A stretch of DNA of 63,861 nucleotides, filler included, from Sphacelaria rigidula (GCA_964200075.2; 5 parts of 5 records of this genome joined end to end with filler, not necessarily neighbours in it), one strand, 5' to 3'; positions 1-12,795 are shown, counted from the whole stretch's first letter. Numbers and translations are program-made. The notes: generated from the letters alone by a model not told the origin.

Positions 1-362
1 CATAAGATGCCCAGTACCAATGTACCGCGCAGATATCGGAACGGCTTTTGATGTGAAGACAACAACAACAACAAGCTCCTTCGTGCAAAAACTGGCTCCA
101 ATGCGCACACCACACACCTGTACAGCCACTCGCTCATCCAAGTCGGAAATATCCTGGAACTAGGCAAGTGCTGGAGGCAGGGGAACCAGGGGAAGATGGG
201 TTGATGCCTTGAGACCACAGGCACGTCGAAAGGCACGCTGATGGGCCAAATTTTCGAAGTCAACAGGGATAAACGCCGCGCTTTTCCTTACACTCACCAA
301 CGAACTGAATTCCTGTTGCGCTTTCTTCCTCTGCCTTTGTGTTGGCGTTTTGGCTATGATAG

Positions 363-528
363 GGAAGCGAGGCGCAAGGAGAGTAGAGAGCGTCCTCCGC
401 GGACCACAGGGGCCCTGTATCGGCGAGTTTTGACATCTAAAGCTGGCACTAGCTCCGATGCTGATGCTGATGCCAACGCCGAGTTCGTGAACGTTGATAT
501 GGCTGAAGGCTCGTTCGACCCGCTACAG
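363..528 (+). CDS. Internal exon of PRRC2/BAT2-like low-complexity protein (gene 1, partial)
   Basis: Pyrimidine tract then tag| acceptor at 362; CAG|gtgcc donor at 529. Encodes EARRKESRERPPR...FDPLQ and ends in phase 0, matching the next exon. Confidence 0.65.
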
Positions 529-875
529 GTGCCAGGAATAGCGCCACAAGAAGTGCTTTGCTGCCCAGGGATATTGAGGCTGAACACAATTTATTGGATT
601 ATGTAGGAAACGGTGGTTCATATGCCCTTTTCTAAGCAAAAGCTGTTGTCGTCTTTTTGTTCAGAACTCAAAATCCAGGTGTTCCTCTGGCTCACGAAGC
701 CATACGCTACGATTTTCGGGCGCTACAGTTGTCGCCGACATGTACTCTTAGTCGATGCCTCAGTAGACCGGCGCGACAATCTTGGTTTCACCAAGCAACA
801 TCACACATCGTAACTCACCTCTCTTTTTATTTACATGGCGTTGCCTGTTCCTCACCTTAACCTACTGAGCGTCAG

Positions 876-1313
876 GAGCGCTGGGACGCCATGACCGCAG
901 AGGCCGAGCGGAATCGTGAGCATGAGCTCGAGCGTGCATCTCGACCACCACGCGGTGTAGGCAACAACAGCCACAACAGCAATCCAACTACTTTCAACAA
1001 CACTACGAGAGATGCCCACTCTGCCGCGACGCGAAGGGACCCGCCCTACGGTAACCTCAACCTCAAGGACAGCAAACACAGAGACACGAGGGACACTGGT
1101 CGAGGGGTTCAGGCTGGGGCGGTGGGGTCGTGGGGTGGTACCGGACGAGCTCGGGACGGAAAGGCTGCGAGCAGATCTGCTAGCAAGACCCGAAGGCGAT
1201 CTGGAAAAGTAGAGGTGTCGAAGGAGGAGACGGAGAGGTTGCTGAAGGAGCAAGAGGCAGAGAGGGAGGCGAAGGCCAGAGAGGACCGAGAGAAGCTCAA
1301 GGAGACCCGGAAG
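876..1313 (+). CDS. Internal exon of gene 1
   Basis: cag|GAGCGC acceptor and AAG|gtgtat donor. 146 codons, phase 0-0: ERWDAMTAEAERNREHE...EKLKETRK (Arg/Glu-rich). Confidence 0.75.
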
Positions 1314-1588
1314 GTGTATATGGAAACTGTTTGCACGTACCCTGATGTGTCTTGAATCGTTTTGGCGCTTTGGATGTTCGGTCGTACGCTTGGTGACGGG
1401 CGACTTCGTTGCGGCTGTGGAGATGGTATGTTCACGCCTCAAGAGAGAGGTAAAAGTGCTACACTCCTTACTTCCTGACTCGTGACGGTGCACTGCACTT
1501 GCAAACGGGCGAGGAGATTTCGGGCTAAAAGGTAGCCGTGTAAGCATGTTGGGCATGGTTACTTTGTACACCGCGCTCCTTTGTGCTA

Positions 1589-3035
1589 CAGGCTGGTTCA
1601 CGGAAAAGATCCCAAAAACACTCATCGGCAAAACTTCACGCCGTTTTAAGGAGTTAGACCCTGAAATTTTGCACAGGTGTGCCATGGGTCATTACGCAAC
1701 TTTCCAAGGTCGAGTTTATTTGTACTTTTTGACCTTTTCACCGTTTTTCCGGGGTCCTAATTTTTTCGGGGAAATTTCAATCCAATCGGACCCCCGTAGA
1801 ACGATGAAAAAAACCCCTCGTCCATCTAAAGTTGCGTAATGACCCATAGCACAGTTGTGCAAAATTTCAGGGTCTAACTCCTTGAAACGGCGTGAAGTTT
1901 CTCGCCTTTGTGCGATGAACCATGCCGTACCACGGTGAAACGGCAAACAACTAGATTTTACTATAAAAATGGCGTGTTTGGGCCTTCTCTGACATGAACA
2001 AGAAAATCCAAGCATCAGTTGGTCGATTTCGGCCACGAAGCATTGTGGGGTTCTTCCTTCGGTTTTACGGCAACAGAGCGTTCGCGAAAAAAATGAAGAA
2101 AAATACCGTAGTCCCGGTTTTCCGGATTGGCAGAATGGACAACTTCGAAAAAACGACTTGGATCCCGTCGGACCCCCCAAAAACGGCAAAAATGCAAGAA
2201 TTAGAAAAAACTCGCTGATCGAAACTTGCGTAATGATTCATAGCACGTTTGTGCAAAGTTTCAGGGTCTAACTCCTAACTACCTGGTTTGAGTATGAAAA
2301 CATATTTTAGAGTGAATTTAACGTCAAGGCAGGAAAAATTGTGTGTGATTTTCGAGTTTCTCTACCAAACTTCGTACATGTGTTCCTTGGACCATCCCGG
2401 GACGCATCATGTTATTTTTTTTTGTCATTCCGTACCGCCTTCCGGGTGTTTTTGTACTGGGACCCCCGGAAGACGGTTGTAGAGAACGGAGTAACTTTGA
2501 ACCCTTGCCCAAGAACACAGTTTTTCCATTTGGATCATCAATACCTACACGGAACTGCTAAGTTTGAGGATGATCTGAGCTTTTCTACAACGGATATACG
2601 GGAAATCGTCGCGAGGCTCCCTGAGTCTTTCCTGCGTCTCATTAGTGGAAATTAGACAACGCCAAACTCCACATCACCGGAACATCACGGTTTCGGGCAA
2701 AATTCGACTCCGTTGGAACCGTCTTCAAATCCGTTCCTGCCGTTAGATTCTCGAGGTGATGACGGTAATTACGATTTGAAGCATGTGGAGATTCGGTGGA
2801 AATTGGGCTCGGAATTCGTATTTTTAATTTCGGAACAGTCTAAAAGGCGCTGCTTCGTCGAGAAACATTTTTGCCCATAGCCCCACCGTTTTAGCCTTGA
2901 ACAAAAATCCGGCTATGTCACCCTCTTCGTCTGTTCATTGCGGTCGGTACGATACCATGTATGCGACTATTGGGTGCGTACTGCAGAAGATATTTGCAGA
3001 TGACAGAATTTGTTTTTTTTCTGTGAACCAGCCTG
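1589..3035. mobile_element. Non-autonomous TIR element with TA TSD (Tc1/mariner-like)
   Basis: TA-CAGGCTGGTTCAC ... GTGAACCAGCCTG-TA. No transposase ORF. Internal ~70-bp module at ~1632-1702 recurs inverted at ~1828-1900 and ~2222-2276. Confidence 0.8.
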
Positions 3036-3273
3036 TATGTGGAAATTAATCGAAGTGGAGGCACGTTTCGAGCTTTCACTGCTATGATATAAAGTGATGA
3101 ACTTTGGTGTACTGTGTCTTCCGTCTTGTTGTGGCCTCTTCAAAATCCACATGTTTCACGCAATTGTCGATAGCCTGCGCTCTGACGCTCTGCCCTCACG
3201 TATCAGCACACTACAAACCGGAAGCTTTGTGCAGACAAATCCACTGCTGGTATTGTCTCTCACCACCTCATCA

Positions 3274-4390
3274 CGAGCTGGTTCGCGCTCATCACGTAGA
3301 ATTCACTCATGCACAAGTTTTCACGCCGATTCTTGCAATTAGACTCTGAAAAGTTGCATTGACGTGCTACGAAACGCTGCGATTTTTTGAGGTGTGGTCT
3401 CTCAATCCATTTTTTCGCCAATTATCGGAGGTCCTAGGCCCTGGGGGATCCTGGGCATCACAAGCCCTTCGGGGACCCCCGATAACGGGCGGAATAAAGA
3501 GGTCGAAACACCTCGTTCATGTTTTTTTCGCATTGTTTCATGGTACGTGTGTGCAAAGCTTCAAATTCTGACTCCAGGAATCGGTATGAACATTTGCGCG
3601 TTTTTGCGATGAAGCGAGCTTGCAAGGCATAATCCTGACTACTTGATTTTAGCATGAAAACGTCTTTGAACGTTAAAACAACCATATTCCATCATCAGTG
3701 TTTCGAGTTACGCAACTAGACCTTGGACATATACTCCGTGAACTACCCCGGAATGCCGTCAGCTTTGTTTTTTGCTCTGAGGCAGTCTGTGCCAATTTCC
3801 GGGGGTCCAGGTGTGAAGACCCCCTGAAGGCAGTAAAGAACGGAGAAATGATCCAATATTTTTTTAACGTGTATTTTCCCATTCGGAGCATCAACACCTA
3901 CCGAGCTGCCAATTTCGCGGGTGATCTGAGCTGTTTTACGACGGATACAAGAGAAAGCGTCAGTGGGTTTTTATGGGTCTTGAGTGCCTGTCATTGGTGG
4001 AAATCCGACCACGTCAAAACCCCACGTCACTAAAATATCTTGGTTTTAGGTATAATCCGATCTCATAGAGATCATTTTCAACTATGTTTCTCCCGCTTGA
4101 TTCTCGAGCTTAAGACGGTTGCTACGATTTGAAGCATGTGAAGATTGGGTAAACATTGGATTGGGAATTCGATTTTTCGATCTGGCGACAATTTGAAGGC
4201 CGTCGAGTGGCCATGGTACTTTATCGCCTGTAGCGCCACCGCCTTGGCCTGAAACGCAAATCTGACTGTTAACCCTCTTCAGTTCTCCATAGCGATCAGT
4301 ATGATAGTATCCGTGCGACTTTTGGGTAGGTATTGTGGAGGGCATTCACTGATGACACACAATTTTGGGTGATGGGCGTGAGCCAGCTTG
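3274..4390. mobile_element. Older degenerate relative of the 1589-3035 element
   Basis: Degenerate TIRs (cgagctggttcgcgctcatcac / gtgatgggcgtgagccagcttg). Region ~3690-4390 aligns by eye with ~2345-3035. Confidence 0.65.
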
Positions 4391-5254
4391 TGGAGCGATC
4401 TCAACACTGACCTGTTACGTTGGGCCTGTCCTTTGACTACGATGTGCTTCTTCATCTGCTGTGGGTTCTCTTACGACACACGCTGTGCGTGGAACATTCT
4501 ATACTGATGAAGATGACTGATGGACTAACAACGTTGAATAATCATTTCAATATTCGCACCGAATTTATGACACGGAGAAGACTTGTGCGCGAGTTGGGTA
4601 TCATTAAGTTTTTGGAGTAGCATCCGTGAGTAGTGCGCGACGGTATACCTCGACATATTCGAAAAAGATGTTGTCCATGGCCTCGCATGAAACGCTCCAC
4701 TGTTAGGACGAATCAGAATGCATACGAGTTGACTCCCCATGAAATGACAGGGTTCAACCATATGCCGACTGTTGGTCCCGCAAATCCGAGGGTGGATAAC
4801 ACATATGCAGTGCAGGCATCTGGCGCGCATTACAGATGAACGCAAGGACGCGTGATTCGGGGCCCATAAGACGAGAGGGTTCAACCATGTGCCGAAGGTT
4901 GGAAACATATACGGGCGCTCACCTCGAACGAATCACACATGGCAAGTTGTACATGTCATTCACCCCTCATGATGGTAAGAAGTAGGTGGCATGTACAATC
5001 GATTCATTCAAATTGCAGTACAGGCGATGAATATGTGCCTATGATTTCCCCCGTATGAGCGGAAGGTAAGAAGCAGGTACCTTTGGCATGTACTGCACGA
5101 GTCACGAGCTCAAAACCTGTATAAATTACAAATGGTGTACGAATCGTATGATTCATTCGTTGGAAGGATGAAAATGAGTTGAATCACGACTTTATTCGTC
5201 CTAACCGCGCTTTGGTCGCTTCGCAACACGCCACCGTTTCCATGCAACCGGTAG

Positions 5255-5404
5255 GAGCGGAAAAAGCTCAAGCGCGGAGGCGGGGACGATGCTTCAGCAA
5301 GAGAGAGCGGTAGTCGCTGGCTACACGCCGTGCAAGGCACTGGAGGCACTGTCGCGGAGATGATGACCCCTGGACGTGTCGTGGTGGACCAAGATGACCA
5401 GCTT
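5255..5404 (+). CDS. Internal exon of gene 1
   Basis: tag|GAGCGG acceptor and CTT|gtgagt donor. 50 codons, phase 0-0: ERKKLKRGG...TPGRVVVDQDDQL. Confidence 0.75.
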
Positions 5405-5817
5405 GTGAGTGGGAGCACCATCTGGCCATATGTGTTGACGAAGTGCTCTTTCGTCGCTTGGTGTCCGTCACTCGTTCTTGCCCATGTGTTCGATTTTCCG
5501 GTTGATGGTGGATGGCTGTCCCTTGCCGGTTGTCAGCGTCATCGATTATACTCGTATCTATCCTCACTTGATCCCGGTGATCGCAAAATCGTCTCATCGC
5601 GACAGGTGGTGAGTGAAATAATTCATTCCTGGTGTGTGTGTGCGCGCGCGCGCGTGTGTATGATACACCCGTGCGTACGTGCGTGCGAGCTGTGCACGTA
5701 TTGAGATGGATGACGAAACACGATTTTGTCTTCCACCACCCTTTTTTTTGGTCTCATCCTAGCGTTCACCCAATTATTTTCATGTCACCGTCATCCGATG
5801 ATTTGGTCGGCTTTCAG

Positions 5818-6057
5818 GGAATCAACACGGGACAGTTTGACACTGGTGAGTTTGAGGTTGTGAAGTCTCGAAAGGAACTGCAAAAGGAGCGCAAAGAACA
5901 GCGGGACCAAGAAGAAAGAGCGGCGGCGGAACGAGCGTTGCTCAAAGCCCAGAGCGAAGCGGCCGCCGCCCGGAGAGCTGCGCAGCAGCTCGCCAGGGAA
6001 GCCCTGAAGGCACAGCGTGAGATGAAGAGGGCTGAGGCAAGGAAGACGGAGGCACAG
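5818..6057 (+). CDS. Internal exon of gene 1 (conserved motif plus coiled coil)
   Basis: tttcag|GGA acceptor and CAG|gtgagg donor. 80 codons: GINTGQFDTGEFEVVKSRKELQKERKEQR... Confidence 0.8.
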
Positions 6058-6926
6058 GTGAGGTACATTGCAGGTATTGAGGGTGTCCAATAAGGGTGTC
6101 CCTGTGTCAATGCGTGGCGTCTTGGCCCCTATTTTCTTTGGAGCCCGATATAAGAGGTGTGACCAGGGCTCATCACTCCAGATTAGAGTGGTGTTTTCCT
6201 TTGCTGGAAATACAGGGTACCCCCCGTCAATATTGTACTATACACAAGAGCCAACACCTCAGTCTACAGTTCTTACTTCTAAATACTTGAGATAAGATGG
6301 CATAAGTCGCTTGCAGTACTAGAATACAAAATGGTCAAGGATTGGGTACTCACTGAACAGCAGTGTGGACACTCTGTCATCCTATGAAAAGTGAGACGTC
6401 ACTAAAAATCGGAATACTCACTGCTAGTCCCTCTTCTTCAGAGTGCTAAAGCCGGTCAATATTTGTCTTGAATGCGCCCCATCGCTAATTAACTGAGTTT
6501 CATTGTTCTGTAGGTCATTGATTTTCATGCAAAGCTTGCCATGTGGGTAGGGGAGGGAAGTGAGATCGGGGGCGGAGATTACCACCTTGTGAACACGACT
6601 CTCTTGGGTTAGGTGTCATTTAAGGAGACACGGGTTTTCAACCAAGTGTGGCTGCCGTATTGTGCTGAATATTCTTTTGAATCTTGTGCAGTGCAGGTAG
6701 TGCAGCCACCGTCAGGGTATTATTAAGTTGTGGTGGGTTCCGGCACTTTCGTCTCCTTCGGCACCGGTATACCTGGCACGTGTTTGCTTGGTATGTATGA
6801 TTGCTCTAGTATTGTACGTGTTGCAATGTGCGCTAGATGACACTATGTATGGCGCAAAGCAAGGATAGGGGCGGCACGGAGATGCTGTCGTGCTCACCCC
6901 TGCCACCGCGCTTACCCGTGTCCCAG

Positions 6927-8963
6927 AGACGAGCGGATGCCCAAACCAAGACAAAGGCGGCAAAGGATTCCGCTGCCGCGTGTAAGCAAGATGCGAACTC
7001 GGGCAGCCCATCTTTACCGGCGCAGAGCAAAGCAGCAGCCAGCGTTACGGTTAATCAAACAGCGGAGGGCGGCAGTGGTGCTCACGTCCCCGCCGTGCAG
7101 ACGGGCGTGACCCAGCATCCCAGCGATGCAGAGAAGGCACCAGCAGCAGCACCTTCAGCATCTTGTACGGAAAAGGCAACCCAATGGACAGCCAAATCTC
7201 CTCCATCTTCATCTCCATCTACTGGTGGGGGGGGTGGTAGTGATGAGGGAGGGGGAATTGGTGGTGGCGTAGGTACTGGTGATGAATCAAATGCCGCTGT
7301 GCCGCCGACGGTCGCTCCTACATCGCAAGCCAGTACTCCCAGCAATCCGCAGTCGTCCTTGTCGAAGCCCGTTGCCCCTACACCGTTGCCACCCATCATG
7401 ATCCAATTCGGAGATGTGCCCGTCGAGATATCGTCCGATCCAACACTATCTACAGGACCGGCAGAGATCCTGAGAACCTCTCCCCCGTCCGCTGCTGTCG
7501 GAAAGGATCTCACCAAGGAGGGCCAGAGAGAGGTGTCAGCTTCCACGCCGACAGAACCCGCACCCGCGGCTGGCTCCGCAAGCTCCGCCACTGCCATCCC
7601 TTCCTCTAGCGTCGCAAACAAGGTTTCGCGGACTATCACTACCGCACCTTCGATAGCCGAGAGCCCGACCAAATTCACGCCGAACAACAACGGCGATACC
7701 TCACGCCCGGTAAGACAAAGTGAGGACAAGGAGCACTCCTCTACTGAACGGTCAACCCAGGACCTCCCCCACAAGGACGGTGCGCAGGGCGAGAGCCTAT
7801 CTGCCTCGTCTTGCCCCGGACAGCAAGCGCGGCAACACACATCGCAACACACACCCGACTCTCACCCGCCGCCAGTGGCGAAAGGGCTTCTGAGCTCCCC
7901 CAGCCTCGCAGGGTCCATCCCCGCCCCACACATGTCATCAGCCTGGAAACCACTGCCGGTTGGCGTTGCCGCTACGGCGTTTGACATGATCAACAACCCG
8001 GCCACTGCCAGCGATTCCGTGGCGTCTGCCGCCGCCGCCGCTGCGGCAGCTGCTGCCGCCGCTACGGGGGGTAGGCCAGGCGCGAACCTAGGTCAAAATG
8101 GGAGTATGGAGGCGTGGGCAGCGGCGCCGCAGGTAGCAATGGCGAGACCAAGCGGCACTTCATTCACAGGGGGTTCTGGGCAAAATCAAAGAGAGGTGCC
8201 GGCCGCGCCGGGCTCTGCAGGTTTGAGCCCAACGCAGGCTCTCAGTCAGCAGCACCAAGCCGGGGGGATGGCGGGCATGCCTGGTATGAAAGGGGGGGGA
8301 AGCAGTGGTGGCGGACGTCTGCGTTCAGCGCCGGAGGGCTTCGCGGTGGGTGCCGGCGGCGGGCTCATGTTGGGGTATCAATCGCCAGCGCCCAGACAGC
8401 AACTCGTGCCGGGAGTTGCGAATTGGGCAGGGCCCAGCTTCCCGGCCCAGGGTGTTGACAGCTCTGGAGCGACGGGTGGCCTGACGTCCCCTGGTGCTCG
8501 GCAGCAGCAACAGCCACAGCAGCAGCAGTCACCGCGGCAACAACCGCTGCAGCAGCAACAACAACCACTGTATGGATCCTTCGCGGGTGGCGTAGGCCCC
8601 GGCATGGTGTCCTCCGCCCCGACCAGCATGGTCACAACTATGCCTGCATCGCCCAACACAGTCCTCGCCGCCGAAGCCCCTCCCTTTATCCCCGCCAATA
8701 TCATGCTTCCAGCGGTAAGTCAAGGAACGGGGTTTGGCGGCGGCGGCAACGGCGGCGTGGCAATGGGTGTCGGGGTGCGGCCGGTGTTGGGACCCATGAA
8801 TGGAGTGGTGGCGGTGCCGGGGCAGGGGATGGCACCGCCGCCGGCGACCGTGAATGCGAATGTGCGTGGAGGCATGATTGCGTCTTCTGCTTCGCCCGCG
8901 ATGATCGCTACGCAGCAGATGCAGCAGCAGATGCACCATCAGCAGCAAATGCATCAGCAGCAG
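6927..8963 (+). CDS. Large Ala/Ser/Pro/Gly/Gln-rich exon of gene 1 containing a PAM2 motif
   Basis: ctcac branch site and cccag|AGA acceptor, in frame with ORF 6837-9353; CAG|gtgcgg donor at 8964. LAAEAPPFIP at 8664-8693. Confidence 0.8.
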
Positions 8964-9428
8964 GTGCGGGCTAAATGCGGTATTTTGTGGTATTGTGTGA
9001 AGAATGTACATATTACAACGGAGTTACTCAGTAATATATATATGTATCAGTCATGTTTAATCTTCTCCCTGACAATTCAGCAGAAAATTCTCTCTGCTGC
9101 TGACAAGCAATCATTTTCAGACCTCGAGCTCGGACAGGCCACCATTTCGACCTTACTTGATTGTAGAGGGCGCTCTATTTCTGTCATGTCACGAGCGCTG
9201 ACGGGCTACATTTCGCTTGACTTCGGGAGCCTTCTGTTTGGGTTTAGAGTACATTGCTTTGCGCGCTATTGTTTTGCATGGCGTTGCGATTCGTTCCGTT
9301 CGATTCCTTTCGCGCGTTCATCTGCTGCGCGTCTCTGTTCTTGTGGCAACTAGACGTAGCTCGCGGCTACCGTTTTTCGCTGCGGCGGTTTTAGTTGCCA
9401 TCACCTGTCTCTGAGGCTCGGGTTGGCC

Positions 9429-9817
9429 GTGACCGTTTTGACCCTTTGGCAGCCGGAGGTGTAGATTTGTGGAATCGGCATCGTTTTCACTTGATCACCG
9501 AAAAAAACCCCAGCAGTAGACGCTGGCCCGAGAGGAGATCGTTAATCCTTTGGCGCTATGATGCGGTCCGTTCGATTCGTTGTGCGCGCCTGTCTGTTCG
9601 CTTGTCTCTGCCTCGGTCACCAGACTTCGCCTACATCTACTTTTTTGTGTGCGGCGATTCTAATCGCTGTCAAATCGTAGTCTCGGATTCATCGTGACCG
9701 TTTTGACCTTTTTGTCGACGGAGATGAATTGTATAAGGGCCTTGTTTTCACTTGAAGAAGAACTGGAAACGATGCCGAACCCACAAATGGACACGTCCGG
9801 TGGTCAAAGGGCTCACG
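9429..9817. repeat. Direct and inverted copies of a ~60-bp module (degenerate TE end)
   Basis: cgtgaccgttttgacc at ~9429 and ~9693; inverted copy at ~9766-9817; related motif at ~11168-11220. Confidence 0.5.
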
Positions 9818-10309
9818 CTCTCCTCTAGGGTCAATGTCTCCCTACGCAGGCTACTGTGCTGTACCTCTGTACGAATACTGTCCCGGAAAGCAAAACGACC
9901 AAGGGTTGCTCGCCGATTTCGTTGTGTATGCTTGCGTGCTGGTGCACGTGTGGCGTTTCAACGACAAATTGCAGCCAGGGCAGGACGTACTGTTCTACAC
10001 CATAAGCTGTTCTGTCTGTGGCTGGATGCATTTCATCACCAGTGTAGTGATGTACTGTACTGTCGCAGTAAAATATCGCATGCCATCGCCACTTCTCTTG
10101 TATGTTAGAATTCGATCCATTGGACGTGGCGGCGTAAGCCGCCGAAACTCTTGTTTATATTTTTCTCATGGCACTTTCAAACTCATCTCATACCCTTCGT
10201 TGGGACGAGTTCGTGGTCTATTGGTCTACTATTCTGTCTCAAGGGATCAACACATATCCCCCACGGTACACCACTTGCATTTTGATGTCGCAGATTACAT
10301 TAGCACCCT

Positions 10310-12357
10310 CACACTGTTATGAGTGCGCCTGACCCCCCAAAATGAACCCAAAAAGTGTCACCGACCAAAAAAGCACGAACAGACACGAACAGACCGACTT
10401 CTGCGGCTTTTCCAGACTCGTGGAGTGAAATGCGCCTTACGTCATCGGAAGAGGACGGCATAAATCCAAAATTCATATCGAAAAAAAGTGGACTACTGTC
10501 TATAACCAGAACCCTACCGTTATTTCCGTTGTTCCTCATATATTACATGCCACTGCGTCACCTTTCGTCCACGCTTGCGATACCCTGGCATGCAAGGAGG
10601 CTGATTGGATCGAACCAACCCAACGCACACCGAGAGCACTCGGGCAAGGGCGGTACATACATTCCTTGAAAAAAGTGAGGCCTTGGTAGACCCCAAATCG
10701 GCTTCTGTGGCGCAGATTTCAACGAAAACGCGTTGTGCGCACCCGAGGAGTACACGGGACCGTCAGCCCTACTAAAATTCCGGTTCTCGTTGTACGCACT
10801 CAAATCAAGTAATATCAACGATGAACATTTGTAGCCCAACGCAGGGAAGTGAACGGAAGCTGAACCATTTTTGGGCGGATCAAAGTTGGATCAACATGAT
10901 GTGCTCAACATGCGACAGAGTCATATGTACTGATGAACTTCAACAAGGGCGGCCCTTACATAGACGAGTGGAGTACAAATTGTCACCGGGTGTGTAATGT
11001 GGGCTGGGCGGGTGTTGGTCCACCTTCTCGTCATGGTTTGAGAAGCTTGATTTATCGGCTGCCATGATTCTACAATATTTGTCGGACGAATGGCTCGCGT
11101 TTCAAAGTGTTTTCGTTGTTCCGTGGGCATGGCTTTTCATTTCATGAATATGAAATTAATTAGCTCTTTGACCGCGACGGTTTCGTCACATTTTGAATCG
11201 GCATCATTTTTCACTTGAAAAAAGTATGCAATGTCCAGATGGACTAGCCTCGCGGTCTAGAGGTTCATCGGACTCCAAGGGTGTTGTTTCACAAGAGGGA
11301 ATGAAAACAAACGGTCGTCCCTCACCCACCATTGCCGATACAACAGATGCGTGTCTAATGATGGGTGGGTCCACTGAAAGACATTATAGGGGCTTTGATG
11401 CCATGTGGCTTCAGCGAAAGTGGGCCGACGACTTTGTGTTGTCTTGGCGCAGTATACTTTCCCATTCGGGAGCGTGAGTCGGTTAATCTTGATCTTGGTT
11501 TGAAAACTCAAATCCGGATCTTTCATGGGGGCTGTGCTACTAGCGTTCCAGAACGCGTTCTTGTCTAAATCGGCGCCTGGCGCGCCGATTCGAGGTCTGG
11601 CAACGCACCCTTCGCCTACGATACACGTTGCACCCGCCTTGCCCGATGGTTTTCGATATACCTTCGTTAGGGCCAGTGTTATAATTTGTTCTCTCCGCTG
11701 CTTCGAGGTCGCGAGGGCGATTCTTGTTTCTGGGGGCTGGGTCAAAGGTTCAAATTCTGCAACATTCCACATATCCGATGTATCAAACATTTGCACTATC
11801 ACGAGTCATTCATGGGTGTCATCTATTCCGAGGCCGTTACACAGGGGTGAGGTTTTCACGTTTTGTCGAGACCGGCGAGGGTTGGGGGTGCGTGTCTTCG
11901 ATCACAGCCCAGTGTTCCAGAGGATTCTCATCGCCACGGCCATCGATTGGGATGCGACTTTTTGCATTATCTGCACCAAGGCGACAGCTACAATTATACC
12001 GGTTGAATGTTTTTATTTAATCAGGATGCGAATTTTATAACGAATTCAGTGAAGAAAAACATGTTTTTTTTTCCCGATTTTCTCGATCACCGTAGCGTCT
12101 TTCGTAAAACGAACCGGTGAAATTGTAGCTAGGACCAATACACGCCGGGGAGTAGCCGAGCCACGCCGTGGTTCGTCCGCCGGAACAAGAAAACTTCAGA
12201 AGCGTGGAATGGAAACCCTACTCAAATCACAAGTACTTCGAGGGATTTTGCGGCGTGCATAGTTAGAGGATGAACGTCACTCCGATATGTTCGTGCTTTT
12301 GGTCGGTGACACTTTTTGGGCTCATTTTGGGGGGTCAGGCGCACCCATAACACTGTG
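10310..12357. mobile_element. 2.05-kb TIR element with ~70-bp TIRs beginning CACA(G/C)TG; decayed internal ORF
   Basis: Left end cacactgttatgagtgcgcctgaccccccaaaatgaacccaaaaagtgtcaccgacc versus right end ggtcggtgacactttttgggctcattttggggggtcaggcgcacccataacactgtg. No TSD visible. Minus-strand ORF remnant at 11257-11970. Confidence 0.8.
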
Positions 12358-12695
12358 AAAAGTATAATACAAACTCTTGTGCTGCTCACGTCCCCACTAT
12401 TTTAAAGACGAAACCCAGATGCTTGAAGAAGAAGCCACACTCCATCTGGCGGAAATCGAACCCGCATTATTTCCGCTTTAGTGGCGTCAGTAGTGCCGTT
12501 AGACCACCAGGGTTCAGCGGCATGATATGATATATATATATATATATTATATAATTCGAACGCACGAGCGTCGAGCATACTTTGTAACGAGGCGTCCACG
12601 AGATGTAATGCTGTTTTTAGTGCAAGGGGCCCTACAGACTGGAAAACGGTGTTCACCCCCCCAATTTCCCGAAAACCTCATTCTGGGCGACCGGG

Positions 12696-12795
12696 NNNNN
12701 NNNNNNNNNNNNNNNNNNNNNNNNNNNNNNNNNNNNNNNTTAATTAATTAANNNNNNNNNNNNNNNNNNNNNNNNNNNNNNNNNNNNNNNNNNNN
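12696..12795. other. Artificial contig linker
   Basis: 44 N + TTAATTAATTAA (stop codons in all six frames) + 44 N. Confidence 0.97.

Noticed and set aside
4749-4895. Spaced direct repeats as a CRISPR array
   Set aside because: Only two degenerate copies, a long spacer, eukaryotic intron context and no cas genes.
8964-9353. C-terminal part of the 838-aa ORF as coding
   Set aside because: Composition changes abruptly after the CAG|GTGCGG donor; this is read-through into an intron.
12740-12751. TTAATTAATTAA palindrome repeated four times at ~12.8-kb spacing
   Set aside because: Artificial linker embedded in N runs, not biological periodicity.
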